From NCBI GenBank assembly GCA_004431415.1, contig QPMI01000513.1, positions 62,001 to 126,000 on the forward strand: a stretch of DNA of 64,000 nt, given 5' to 3'. This stretch comes from Cyanophora paradoxa CCMP329 (Eukaryota > Plantae > Glaucophyta). Made by a program: the position numbers and the translations under genes. Position 1 is the stretch's first letter. Each line of letters begins with the position of its first letter. The notes under the pieces were generated by a model, which saw only the letters and a list, made by a program, of their open reading frames with translations, did no database searches and was not told the DNA's origin. Shown piece after piece: positions 54,401 through 64,000 of this stretch.

Positions 54401-57400
54401 CAGGAGCAGGAGGTGCGCCCACGCCCCGCCCCGCCCCGAGAGTAGAGGCGAGAGGGCGGGCGGGGCCGACGGGGCCGGGGCCGGGGCGGGCGCAGGTGGT
54501 GTGGGCCGGGGCGCCCGAGTACCCCCTCTCCCCGGAGACCCTCGCCTTCCTCGGGCCCCGGCGCTCCTTCGAGCAGTGGCGAGCCGCCCCGCCCGCCCGC
54601 CCCCCGCAGCGGCTCGCAGGCAGCGCCGGCGGGGCGGGGGTGGCTGACGCGGCACGAGGCGCGCAGGCGGGAGATCGTGCGGGACCGCTCGCAGGCGTGG
54701 CTCCCCTCGGACCTCACCGCGGCCCAGGCCCGCCCCCGCCCGCCCGCCGCCGCCGCGACGCCGGCGCGGGGCGGCTCAGGGGGCGGTCAGGTGGTGCGGG
54801 CGACGCTCTCGGACGCGGTGCGCATCAACTGGATGCTCCTCGAGGCGAACAAGAAGCTCACCGCCTCCAACCGGTCCGCCCCGTCCCGTCCCACCCACCG
54901 GCCCGATCCCGAGCCCGAGCCCCTTGGCCCCCGCCGACTCCCCGGGGCGGGGCCAGGGCGCTGGAGAAGATGGCGGGGGAGCTGCGGGACCTGATCGCGC
55001 AGAACCCGTGCCCCATCTTCCGCGTGGGCGCGGACGGGCGCATCCGCGAGTGGAACCCGGCCGCCGTCGCCGCCACGGGCTTCTCCCGCGAGGAGGCCAT
55101 CGGGGCCCTCGCCCACCGCCTCCTCTCCGGCGGCGACGTCGACATCGAGGCCGCCGTGCAGAACATCGTCGAGACCGGCCTCCGCGGCTACGCGGTCCGC
55201 TCCCGCTTCGCTGCAGTCGGGCGGGCGGGCGCGGGCGCGCTGACCGGCCCCGCCCCGCCCCAGACGCGCTCCGTGGACCTCTTCTTCCGCACCAGGGACC
55301 AGGCCGAGCCGTGCGCCCCCGCGCCCAGCGTCGAGCTCGCGCCCGCGTCGGAGGGGCCCAACGGGGGCGGGGGCGCAGGCGGGAGTTCAACGTGCTGACG
55401 GGGGTCCAGTACCACCGCGACCGCTCCTCCATCGAGGGCGCGCCCCGGCCCCCGCCCCGCCCGCCCCCGCGCCTAGTCGCGGCCCGCCCGTGGGTTATGG
55501 TCGTCCGCCGAGCCCGGCTCACCCCTCCGCAGGCGTCATCGTCGTCTGCCAGGACATGTCCAAGCACAAGGGTCCGCGCCCCGCGCCCCGCTCCCCGCCC
55601 CCCGCCCCCGAGCCTGGCGGGGGCGGGGCCGACGCGGGGGCGGGGCGCAGAGCTGTGGGAGGCGAAGAGCGCGAACGAGGCCAAGTCGACCTTCATCGTG
55701 CGCGGCCCCGGCCCGCGGCCCCGCCCTCCCGCCTCCCGGCGTCTAGTCGGGCTCCTCCAGCTGCCCCGCCCGCTGACGCCGCCCGCCCGCCCGCCAGGCG
55801 ACGATCTCGGTGCTGCCTGCGCGCAGGCGACCGCGGCGCTCGCCCCCTCTGACCCCCCCGCGCCCCCTCTCCCCTCCGCCTCGCCCCGCAGCACGAGATG
55901 CGGAGTGCGGCGGGATCCCCACGCCCGCCCTGCGCCTGCCCCGCGCGCCTCTGACGAGCGCCACCGCGCGCCACGCGCAGCGCCGCTGAACGGGATCCTG
56001 GGGATGCTGACGCTGGCCGCGGACTTCGACATGCCGACGGAGGCCCGCGAGTTCGTCGCGAACGCGGTGCGCCCCAGCACGCCCGCGCCCCGGACGCCCC
56101 CGCCGAGCGAGCGCCCCGGCAGGCGCTGTGCGGCGAGTACCTGCAGTCCCTCATCGGCGACGTGCTCGACGTCTCCCTCATCGAGGCCAAGAAGCGCGCA
56201 CCGCCCCCTCCGCCCCGCCCTGGCGCCCCGCCTGTCCCCTCAAAGCACGCCGCTGATACCGGGGCAGGCTGGTGCTCAAGCGGGAGCCCTTCGAGCTGCT
56301 GGACACCATCCAGTCCGCCGTCGTCATGCTCGTGCGCTGCGCTGCGCCCCGCCGCCCCGCCGCCCCGCCCCGCCCCGCCCCGCCCCGCCCCGCCCCGCTG
56401 AGCGGGGCGGGGGCGGGGGCGGGCAGGCGCCGAAGGCGGACTCGAAGGGGATGGCGATCGCGATGGACGTGCACCCGGGCTTCCCGGGCCAGGTCGTCGG
56501 CGACGCCGACCGCGTCCGGTCCGGCCCCTCCCGCCCCCCGCTCTTCTCCGGGACGCTGAGGCGGGGGCGCCTCCGGCGGGCGGGCAGGCAAGTGGTGATC
56601 AACCTGCTGAGCAACGCGGTGAAGTACAGCCCGAACGAGCGCCCCGTCACCGTGCGCCCCGCCCCGCCTCACGCCTCGTCGCGGCCACCCCCCCGAGGCC
56701 TCGCCCCTGACTCCCCGCGCAGGTGACGTGCCACGTGCTCGAGGTCTTCGAGGACGCCATCCGCGTCCGCGTCGCCGTCGCCGACGAGGCCCGCCCCCGC
56801 CCTCCCTCGCCCCGTCCCTGAGGCCCTGGCCGCCTCTCTGAAGCCCCGGCTCTCGCCCGCGCGCAGGGGATCGGGCTGAAGGACGAGGACAAGCCGAAGC
56901 TCTTCACCCTCTTCACCCGCATCCGCGACAAGGACTTCTCCGATCCCGGCGGTGCGCCCCCGCGACTCGGGCTGCCCTCTGCCCGCCCCGCCCCGCCCTG
57001 CCCCGCCCAGCCGACCCCTCTGACCCTGCGCCCGCCCTCAGGCACGGGCCTCGGCCTCTGGCTCTGCAAGGACCTGATCCACCTGATGGGCGGCGACATC
57101 GGCTGCGAGTCCGAGTACGGCAAGGGCTCCACCTTCTGGTTTGTCGTCACGTGCGCACGCCCCCGCCCCCTCCCCTCCTCTTCTCCTCCCGCCCGGCCCG
57201 CGGCCGCTGAGGGGCGGGCGCGCGCGGGGGCAGCTTCCCGGTGCTGCCGCGGCCGACGGCGGAGCTGCGGCCCTCGATGATCCTGCGCTCCCTCACGAGC
57301 TCGGGCGCCAACTCGCCCATCGGCGGCAACGTGCGCCCCCCGCCCGCCCCCCGCCCGCATGCGAGCCCCGCCCCTCGCCGACGCGCGCGGCCCGGGCGGC

Positions 57401-58656
57401 GGCAGTCGCGATCGCCGTGAACCTCGCGGCGGCGGCGCTGGCGGCGCACGCGGGCAAGACCTTCCCCCCGGTCCGACGGGTGCGCCCTGCGGGGCTCCCG
57501 TGCCGCCCGCCCCCTGGGAGGTGCCGGGCTGAGGCGCCGCCCGCGCGCCCCGCCCGCCCGTCCGCGCAGGCTCTCGTCGCTGGCGGAGAGCTCGCGGCCC
57601 AGCTCCCCCATGAGCGAGTCGGCGATGGGGCTCTCCCCGGCCGCCTCCTACTCGGGGCCCCCGGGGGCGCCGGCGCCCTCGAGACCCTCTCCCCCGACAT
57701 CCTCGCCAACGTCGCCCCGGTCCGCCCGCCCCCGCGCACCCGCGTACCCCCCAGGCAGCCCCCCCCCCCCCCCCCCCCCCCCCCCTCACGCGCCGGCCGC
57801 CCGGCGCAGGGGCCGCCGGGGAACTTCACGCTGCCGAACGGGACGGTGCTGATGCCGCGGGTGGAGCGGAGCAACACGGACCCGGGGCCGGGCCGGCGGA
57901 GGCGGCGCACGGGCGCGAGGAGAAGCGGCGCGGCAGCGGCTCGGGCGAGCTCCGCAGCTCCCTATGCCTCCTCGTCGAGGCGCGCTGCACCCGCCCCGGC
58001 CCCGGCCCCTCGCCGCCTCGCCGCCGGCCGGCGCTGACGGGGCGGGGGGGGCGGGGGGGCAGGACAACCTGATGAACTCGCAAGTGGCGAAGCGCTTCCT
58101 GATGGCGGGCAAGCACGACGTGATCTGCGCGTTCAACGGGCAGGAGGCCCTCGAGATCTACAAGAAGCACTGCCTCGCGCCCCCGGGCCAGCCCCGCGAG
58201 CTCGCCCCCATCGACGTCATCTTCATGGACTGCGAGATGCCGGTACCCCCGACCCCCGACCCCCTTCCCTTTCCACATGCTGACGCCGTACCCCCCCCCC
58301 GGCAGATCATGAACGGGTACGAGGCGACCGCAGCGATCCGCGAGTTCGAGGCCGACCGTACCCTGCCACCCATTCCCATCATCGCCCTGTGCGCCGCCAC
58401 CCCCCCCCCCCCTTCCTCTTCTTCCCCCCCGAGGGGGGCGGCTGTCCTTACGCGTACCCCCTCAGCACGGCGCACGCGCTGCGGGAAAATCATGATAAAT
58501 GTTTTGCGGTGGGGATGAACGACTGTACGTCGTTTGCCGGGCTGTCTGTGCGCCCGGCGGTCATTCATTCGCCCCCGCCCCGCCCCCGCAGACCTCACGA
58601 AGCCCATCCACCGGACGACAATCCTCTCCGCAGTCTCCAAGTGGACCCCAACGTGA
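51420..58656 (+). CDS. Phytochrome with histidine kinase and receiver output (PAS-GAF-PHY-PAS-HisKA-HATPase-REC)
   Basis: PAS: [13 protein letters not shown]: [28 protein letters not shown] and LWG. PHY tongue: PRRSFEQW. Second PAS: [10 protein letters not shown]. Kinase: [35 protein letters not shown] and [11 protein letters not shown]. Receiver: [18 protein letters not shown]. The start codon is inferred. Confidence 0.92.
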
Positions 58657-59265
58657 CCACCCGCCCGTCCCGGCCCCCGGCTCCCCGCTCCCGGCGCCTG
58701 GCTCGGCTCGGCTCGGCTGGGCGCAGGCGGGCCCCGGCCCCGCGCCCCTTTCTCCGATTTCCATCTTTTCTCCTCCGGCTTTCTCCGCTTTGCGCGTGCG
58801 TGCATATGCGTATTAGTAGTTTCGTTGTGCGAGTGCGGGTCCGTATGGGTGTACCTTCTCCAACATCCATCAGTGTTATTTTCGTGTGCAAAGCTTTTGT
58901 AGATAGCTAGCCTAGCAGATCTAGAGTTTGCCGATTGGGCTTGTTGTTCACTACATTTTTTGTGTACTACGGTACGGTTAGGCTATTATGTCCTTTGATA
59001 GTGATACATTCCACATGGCCAGAACCTGTTTTCACGTGTATATGTGGTCGCGGACAGCTGCGATCCCATTTTTGGAGACGCTCTCCGTATGTCCAGTCAT
59101 TGTCGACATATCTTTATGCTACCTCATCCTTAGTCACCAATTTTGCACGTCCGGAGCTTGCTCCGTTTTCGGCCGTTGTTCGAAAGAAAACTCGACAATG
59201 CATTTGATCGTGACACGTGATGTTCGCTAGCTGTTAACTAGCAGCACTTCTGTGGCCGACAGTGA

Positions 59266-61043
59266 TCATGACACGCTGCGCATGCAAGACTTTCTCACCA
59301 AGCGTTTGATACACATCTCTTTTCTTACGAAGTTATAATTAGTCAGTCGCCGCCATGATTTGGCTGCCATCGACAGATCAGACTGGGGTAGTATAGTTGC
59401 TACATAGTAGATTAACCCATGTTCCCCTTGGAAGAAAATTCCGTTTAGTACTACGGCAGACTCAAACTGCCAGCATTGAGAGCGGTGCGAACAGTCAAAC
59501 TCACAGAGTGGAGTGTGCTCCATGGGTGGTCCAGCCTGGGCTACCAACAGTCGTGCCAGCATGTTTGGTAAGTGGGGAACTTGTGAATCGCAGGCCAGTG
59601 GTTGAGTTGTCGCTCTCATTGGTATACTCAATTCGATATGCACTTGAAGGCTGCCAGTGCTGCCTTGACTCACTGTGGTCACTGAGACAGGCTCCGCATG
59701 AGAAGGAAAAGTCACTGAGTGATGTATGACTCTGTGACTTCTTAAAAAAAGTAGTGGCAGCCGCTGCCCTTGCCAGTGAGCTTGGAAGCATGAAGTGGGA
59801 AGATCTGCCACAGAGTGGAGTTTTGTGGCTGAAATTGGGTATCCGGCAGTTCTGTCCATGGAAAGTCCTTTTTTTCCTTTTTTCTTCCTGAAGTGCTGTG
59901 GTGCACTTGACTGCTCAGTGCCGATTCAGAACCGGTTCGATTCTTGGCAAACAACAAGCAACAAATTAAACATCTTGGCATGTACAACAAAAAGAAAACA
60001 CATGTTCCACAATATACAAACAACAAAACATGACAAAAAACAATAAAGCACAACACAAGCACCACGTGCACAACACATGCACAACAAACAAAACAGCCTT
60101 GTGCTTGCAACTTTTTGTTTCACAAAACAAACAACATTCTTTTCTAGTCTAGATGGTATATCTGTATATTGATCACGATGCATGCATTATGTTCATCATG
60201 GCATCATTGCACGCATAAAATATTGTTGCATGTTGCATGCATGATCATGAAATGATCAATGATTGACTTGTTCCTGATCAAATCTTCTTCAATCTTGCCA
60301 GGTTGTTTTTATCAATTCTCCAAGATCTTCTTGTTTTTGTCTGAAGTGTTCAATTCTAAAGTATTTGCAATTGTTCATGATCAGTGCCGCAACGCGTAAC
60401 GTTAACGTTCGAGTTTGAGCTTCGATTCTTGCCCATGTTCCTGCTAAGATCTAGAATTGCCCTTTCTTTTCCAGCCATGGCCAGAATCTACATCAACTGT
60501 CGAAGTTCAATGAACATATATTCATAACAGAAATGAACATAACTGATCAAACCTTTGAAATACATTGCATGTGCTTCTTTTGCGTGATCACTTCATTGTT
60601 TCTAGATCTGTTCCGAAATGCTCTCTTCGGGGCCTCTGCGGCTTTGTCATACCCAGTCTTGCTGGCATGGATGTGTCTACTGCATTTCTCTCTCTCTCTC
60701 CGAAATGCTCTCTTCTTTTTGTTCAGTGCTTCGAATTCAGCTTCATTTTCATTCTTTGTAATATGATTGAGCCACAAGAGATTCATGCGTTCAATTTCAA
60801 ACTTCTTGCAATATTAATTGTTCAGTGCTTTAGCTTTTCTTCTCATCTTCCTGGCTGCACTCCGATCTGTTCTGTTCTTTATGTTCAGTGCTTCAGCTTC
60901 TTCTGTTCTGTCTTCAGAATTTTAGTACTTCAGTCTCATTCTTTATTCTAATTAATTAGAAGAAGAAGAATAAAAAACCACAAGAACTCAAAGAACCCAA
61001 AAAAACACTGGGGGGGTGCGGGGGGGCGGAGCCCCCCTGCTTG
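59266..61043 (+). mobile_element. Helitron-like non-autonomous element, copy A (5' boundary uncertain)
   Basis: AT-rich and homologous to 61050-62996 from ~59398 onward. Ends in GGGGGGTGCGGGGGGGCGGAGCCCCCCTGCTTG|T (hairpin followed by CTTG). Confidence 0.6.
60629..60698 (+). mobile_element. Severely 5'-truncated non-LTR retroelement insertion with a (CT)n tail
   Basis: Flanked by the direct repeat TCCGAAATGCTCTCTTC (60612-60628 and 60699-60715). The sequence is identical to 62822-62890. Confidence 0.8.
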
Positions 61044-61049
61044 TTACCA

Positions 61050-62996
61050 TGCTACATAGTAGATTAACCCATGTTCCCCTTGGAAGAAAATTCCGTTTAG
61101 TACTACGGCAGACTCAAACTGCCAGCATTGTCTACGGTGCGAACAGTCAAAGTCACTGACTGGACTGTGCTCCATAGGTGGTCCAGCCTGGGCTGCCAAC
61201 AGTCGTGCCAGCATGTTTGGTAAGTGGGGAACTTGTGAATCGCAGGCCAGTGGTTGAGTTGTCGCTCTCATTGGTATACTCCATTCGATATGCACTTGAA
61301 GGCTGCCAGAGCTGCCTTGACTCACTGTGGTCACTGAGACAGGCTCCACATGAGAGGGAAAAGTCACTGAGTGATGTATGACTCTGTGACTTGTAGCGGC
61401 AGCCGCTGCCCTTGCCAGTGAGCTTGGAAGTATGAAGTGGGAAGATCTGCCACAGAGTGGAGTTTTGTGGCTGAAATTGGGTATCCGGCAGTTCTGTCCA
61501 TGGAAAGTCCTTTTTTTCCTTTTTTCTTTCTGAAGTGCTGGGGTGCACTTGACTGCTCAGTGCCGATTCAGAACCGGTTCGATTCTTGGCAAACAATAAA
61601 TAATACATTGAACATCTTGGCATGTACAACAAAAAGAAAAGCATATGTTTTACAATGTACAAACAACAAAACATGACAAAAAAAACCGAAGAAGAAGAAG
61701 AGGAGTATGTATAAGACACGCCCAAGCCGGTTGTCGAACACTAGCACAACAAACAAAACAGAAACTTGCGAAGAGATCTAGATGGCCAAGTGGCATCTAG
61801 ATCTTTATATCATGATGCATGCATTATTCATCATGGCATCATTGCATGCATAAACTATTGTTCCGTGTTACATGCATGAAATGAAATGATCAATGATTGA
61901 CTTGTTCATGTCTTTTGCTTCATCTCTCTTTCTCATGATCAATTCTTCTACATCCTTGCCAGGTTGTTTTTGCCAAGTTGTCAATTGAAGTGTTCAATTC
62001 TTAAGCTTCTTGCAATTGTTCATGATCAGTGCCGCAATGTATTGCCAGGCTAGATAGCTGGCAAGGTGGTGTATTGGGGGTACAGGCAGACTGAGGTACA
62101 GGGGTACAAAGCTACAGGGACTTGGACAGTATATCACTGCTGCAGAATGCTTCTTGGACAGTACGTTCAAGCTTCTTGCCCGCTTTCCTGCTAAGAATTG
62201 CCCTTGCTTTGCCAGCCATGGCCAGTATTTAGCACCAAAACTCGATGTTTGATGACAGATCTAGAACATAAATGATCAAACCTTTGAAATACATTGCATG
62301 TGCTTCTTTTGTTTTGTTTTGCGATCACTTGTTGTTCATCTTCCTGGCTAAAGCTATAGCTAAGAATATCAAATCGCCCTTTAATTTCTTTGCCAGCCAA
62401 GAATTAAACACCAATTGCAAAGCACTATGTTTCATGACAAACCATAAATGATGAAGCCTAGCTTTGGACTACATTGCATCTCGTGCATTGTTTCCTGATT
62501 ACATGATCAGTGTTTAATTTCTACATCTTTCATGCACTCAGATCTGTTCTGTTCTTTATGTTCAGTGCTTCAGCTTCTTCTGTTCTGTCTTCACAACTTT
62601 AGTACTTCATTCTCATTCTTTGTTCAATTAATACGTAGTAGTAGTAGTAGTAGCGGGCCGTCACGGGGATTCAGGCCCTTCCTATGTGGCGCCGTCGGGT
62701 GTCCACATAGGGTGCCCTATTTCCTTGCTGGCGCCCTGGGGGTGGTGGCCCAGGGTCCTGTATGCGGCTCCACTCACTCCCCATGCTAGTGGGTCCCTGA
62801 CGGGCCTTGCACGTCCCATTCGGGGCCTCTGCGGCTTTGTCATACCCAGTCTTGCTGGCATGGATGTGTCTACTGCATTTCTCTCTCTCTTTTTTTTTTT
62901 AGTAGTAGTAGTATGTAGAAGAAGAATAGCCCACAAGAAATCAAAGATTCCTAAATAACACTGGGGGGGTGCGGGGGGGCAGAGCCCCCCTGCTTG
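61050..62996 (+). mobile_element. Helitron-like non-autonomous element, copy B, head-to-tail with copy A
   Basis: Diverged repeat of 59398-61043 with the same hairpin-CTTG|T 3' end at 62963-62997. Confidence 0.6.
62653..62900 (+). mobile_element. Structured non-LTR retroelement 3' end or SINE with a (CT)n-Tn tail, inserted in an (AGT)n microsatellite
   Basis: Absent from the equivalent site in copy A. Flanked on both sides by AGTAGTAGTAGTA. Contains several hairpins. Confidence 0.75.
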
Positions 62997-63005
62997 TAGA
63001 TTTAA

Positions 63006-63300
63006 TTTGATCCGACTCGGTGACCCCGAACTTCATCGATTTCATAATCAGGGCCTGGCCATCACGGCATGGCAATCTAATAGCGTGTCCATTGTGCACG
63101 CACAAGCATTCCATGATATGTCAATAGTATTTTCCTATACGATCTCCGGTATCTCATTGATCTAATCGGTTTTCCTATACGATCTCCGGATCTCGAGCTC
63201 CTATCCGATCTTCCTATGTACCATATATTGAAAATTTGATCCGACTCGGTGACCGGGTCCTTCGGACCCCGAAGTCGATCGATGTCAGGGGCTGGTCACG
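63006..63300. repeat. Short direct repeats
   Basis: ATTTGATCCGACTCGGTGACC at ~63006 and ~63234. TTTTCCTATACGATCTCCGG at 63130 and 63170. Confidence 0.7.
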
Positions 63301-63679
63301 GGTCATGATATCGATATCGAAATCCGATGACTCGATGATGATCAGTGACTCGGCAACGTGCACGTACACGTACAATTGCAACTGGCACCAGCCCAGCGCT
63401 AGCCTTGTCTAGGTGAAATCGGCGCCAGCCTAAAGCGCTAGCTAGTCGGGAAGAAATGGAGTGAGGTTTCGAAAATCGATTTCGATCAAAATTCACGCAG
63501 CAAGTGGCCATCCGGCCAGGAAAGACAAACCGGCAACTAGCTGAAGATGCCCTGTCTACTTCAAACAATTACAGCAAGCGCTGCCCGCAGTTGTGCAGCG
63601 CCGTGGAAAACTGGCCGGCGCCCCGCGGCAAGGCCGAAGGGCGCGCAGAGTGGCCGCCAAATCAAAGCGAGCAGGCCGC

Positions 63680-64000
63680 TTATGTCGAGAAGTTCTTGGA
63701 GCCGAACACGCCGGACTCCTGGCGCACCTCCTCCGGGACCTGGCGGAGGCACACCGAGTTGGGGCGAGCGAGGCGCGGCGGGACGCGAGGGGCGGCGGGC
63801 GAGGGCCCTGCCTTGGTCATGATGTAGTCGAACACCTCCTTCCAGTTCGGAACGGCGCGGAGCTCAATCTTGCCGCCGCCCCGCACGCAGACGACCATGT
63901 CCGCGCAGGAGCCCAGCGCCTGGACCGAATGTCGTGAGCAGCGCCGGGATGCGGGGCGGGGCAACACGGGCAGCACCTTCTGCACGTAGCGGATGTTCTC
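63680..64000 (-). CDS. 3' end of a bacterial-PH (bPH_2)-like domain protein, resembling cyanobacterial and plastid proteins; partial
   Basis: ENIRYVQK...ALGSCADMVVCVRGGGKIELRAVPNWKEVFDYI resembles the recalled cyanobacterial motif GDMV..L.DG..LELR.VP.F.E.Y.YI. The gene runs off the right edge. Confidence 0.55.
   Translation of the reverse strand, partial: ENIRYVQKVLPVLPRPASRRCSRHSVQALGSCADMVVCVRGGGKIELRAVPNWKEVFDYIMTKAGPSPAAPRVPPRLARPNSVCLRQVPEEVRQESGVFGSKNFST

Noticed and set aside
59266-61725. ORFs of 100-200 aa in the AT-rich repeats
   Set aside because: They have no recognisable motifs, their frames are not conserved between the two copies, and there is no HUH Rep or helicase signature.
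62653-62900. Hammerhead ribozyme, SRP RNA or tRNA identity for the structured insert
   Set aside because: I found no CUGAUGA/GAAA core, SRP motifs or cloverleaf by eye. An Rfam search is needed.

Overview
This is GC-rich eukaryotic nuclear DNA with densely packed short introns (mostly ~50-100 nt). The ORF track is therefore largely uninformative, and I rebuilt the genes by hand from splice sites. Several features suggest a glaucophyte alga (Cyanophora-like; this is inference): plastid transit peptides with an early Phe (MAF...), a PAS-GAF-PHY-PAS-HK-REC phytochrome, ferredoxin-nitrite reductase and a RETICULATA-like protein. Genes in order: protein kinase 5' part, ABCC/MRP transporter, F-box protein (two copies), large SWIM-like protein, plastid GLYR, a D/D(Dpy-30/RIIa)-TIR-EML fusion, FNT channel, VPS20/CHMP6, a low-complexity protein, RER/DUF3411, Abraxas-like protein, NiR, phytochrome, and the 3' end of a bPH_2-like gene. 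Mobile DNA includes an internally deleted hAT transposon and a hAT-type MITE (both with 8-bp TSDs), nested poly(A) retroposons with 12- and 20-bp TSDs, Helitron-like elements (two of them head-to-tail), and two 5'-truncated copies of a (CT)n-tailed retroelement. Main candidates for novelty: (1) the D/D-RRGS-TIR-EML protein, a possible microtubule- or axoneme-tethered TIR NADase; (2) a 4.6-kb tandem duplication whose junction creates an in-frame ABCC::SWIM-protein chimeric gene; (3) frequent GC-AG introns with C-rich and G-rich halves that could pair; (4) a phytochrome with a Cys-Ala chromophore motif and its phospho-His on a 13-nt micro-exon. All coordinates were read by eye and no searches were run.
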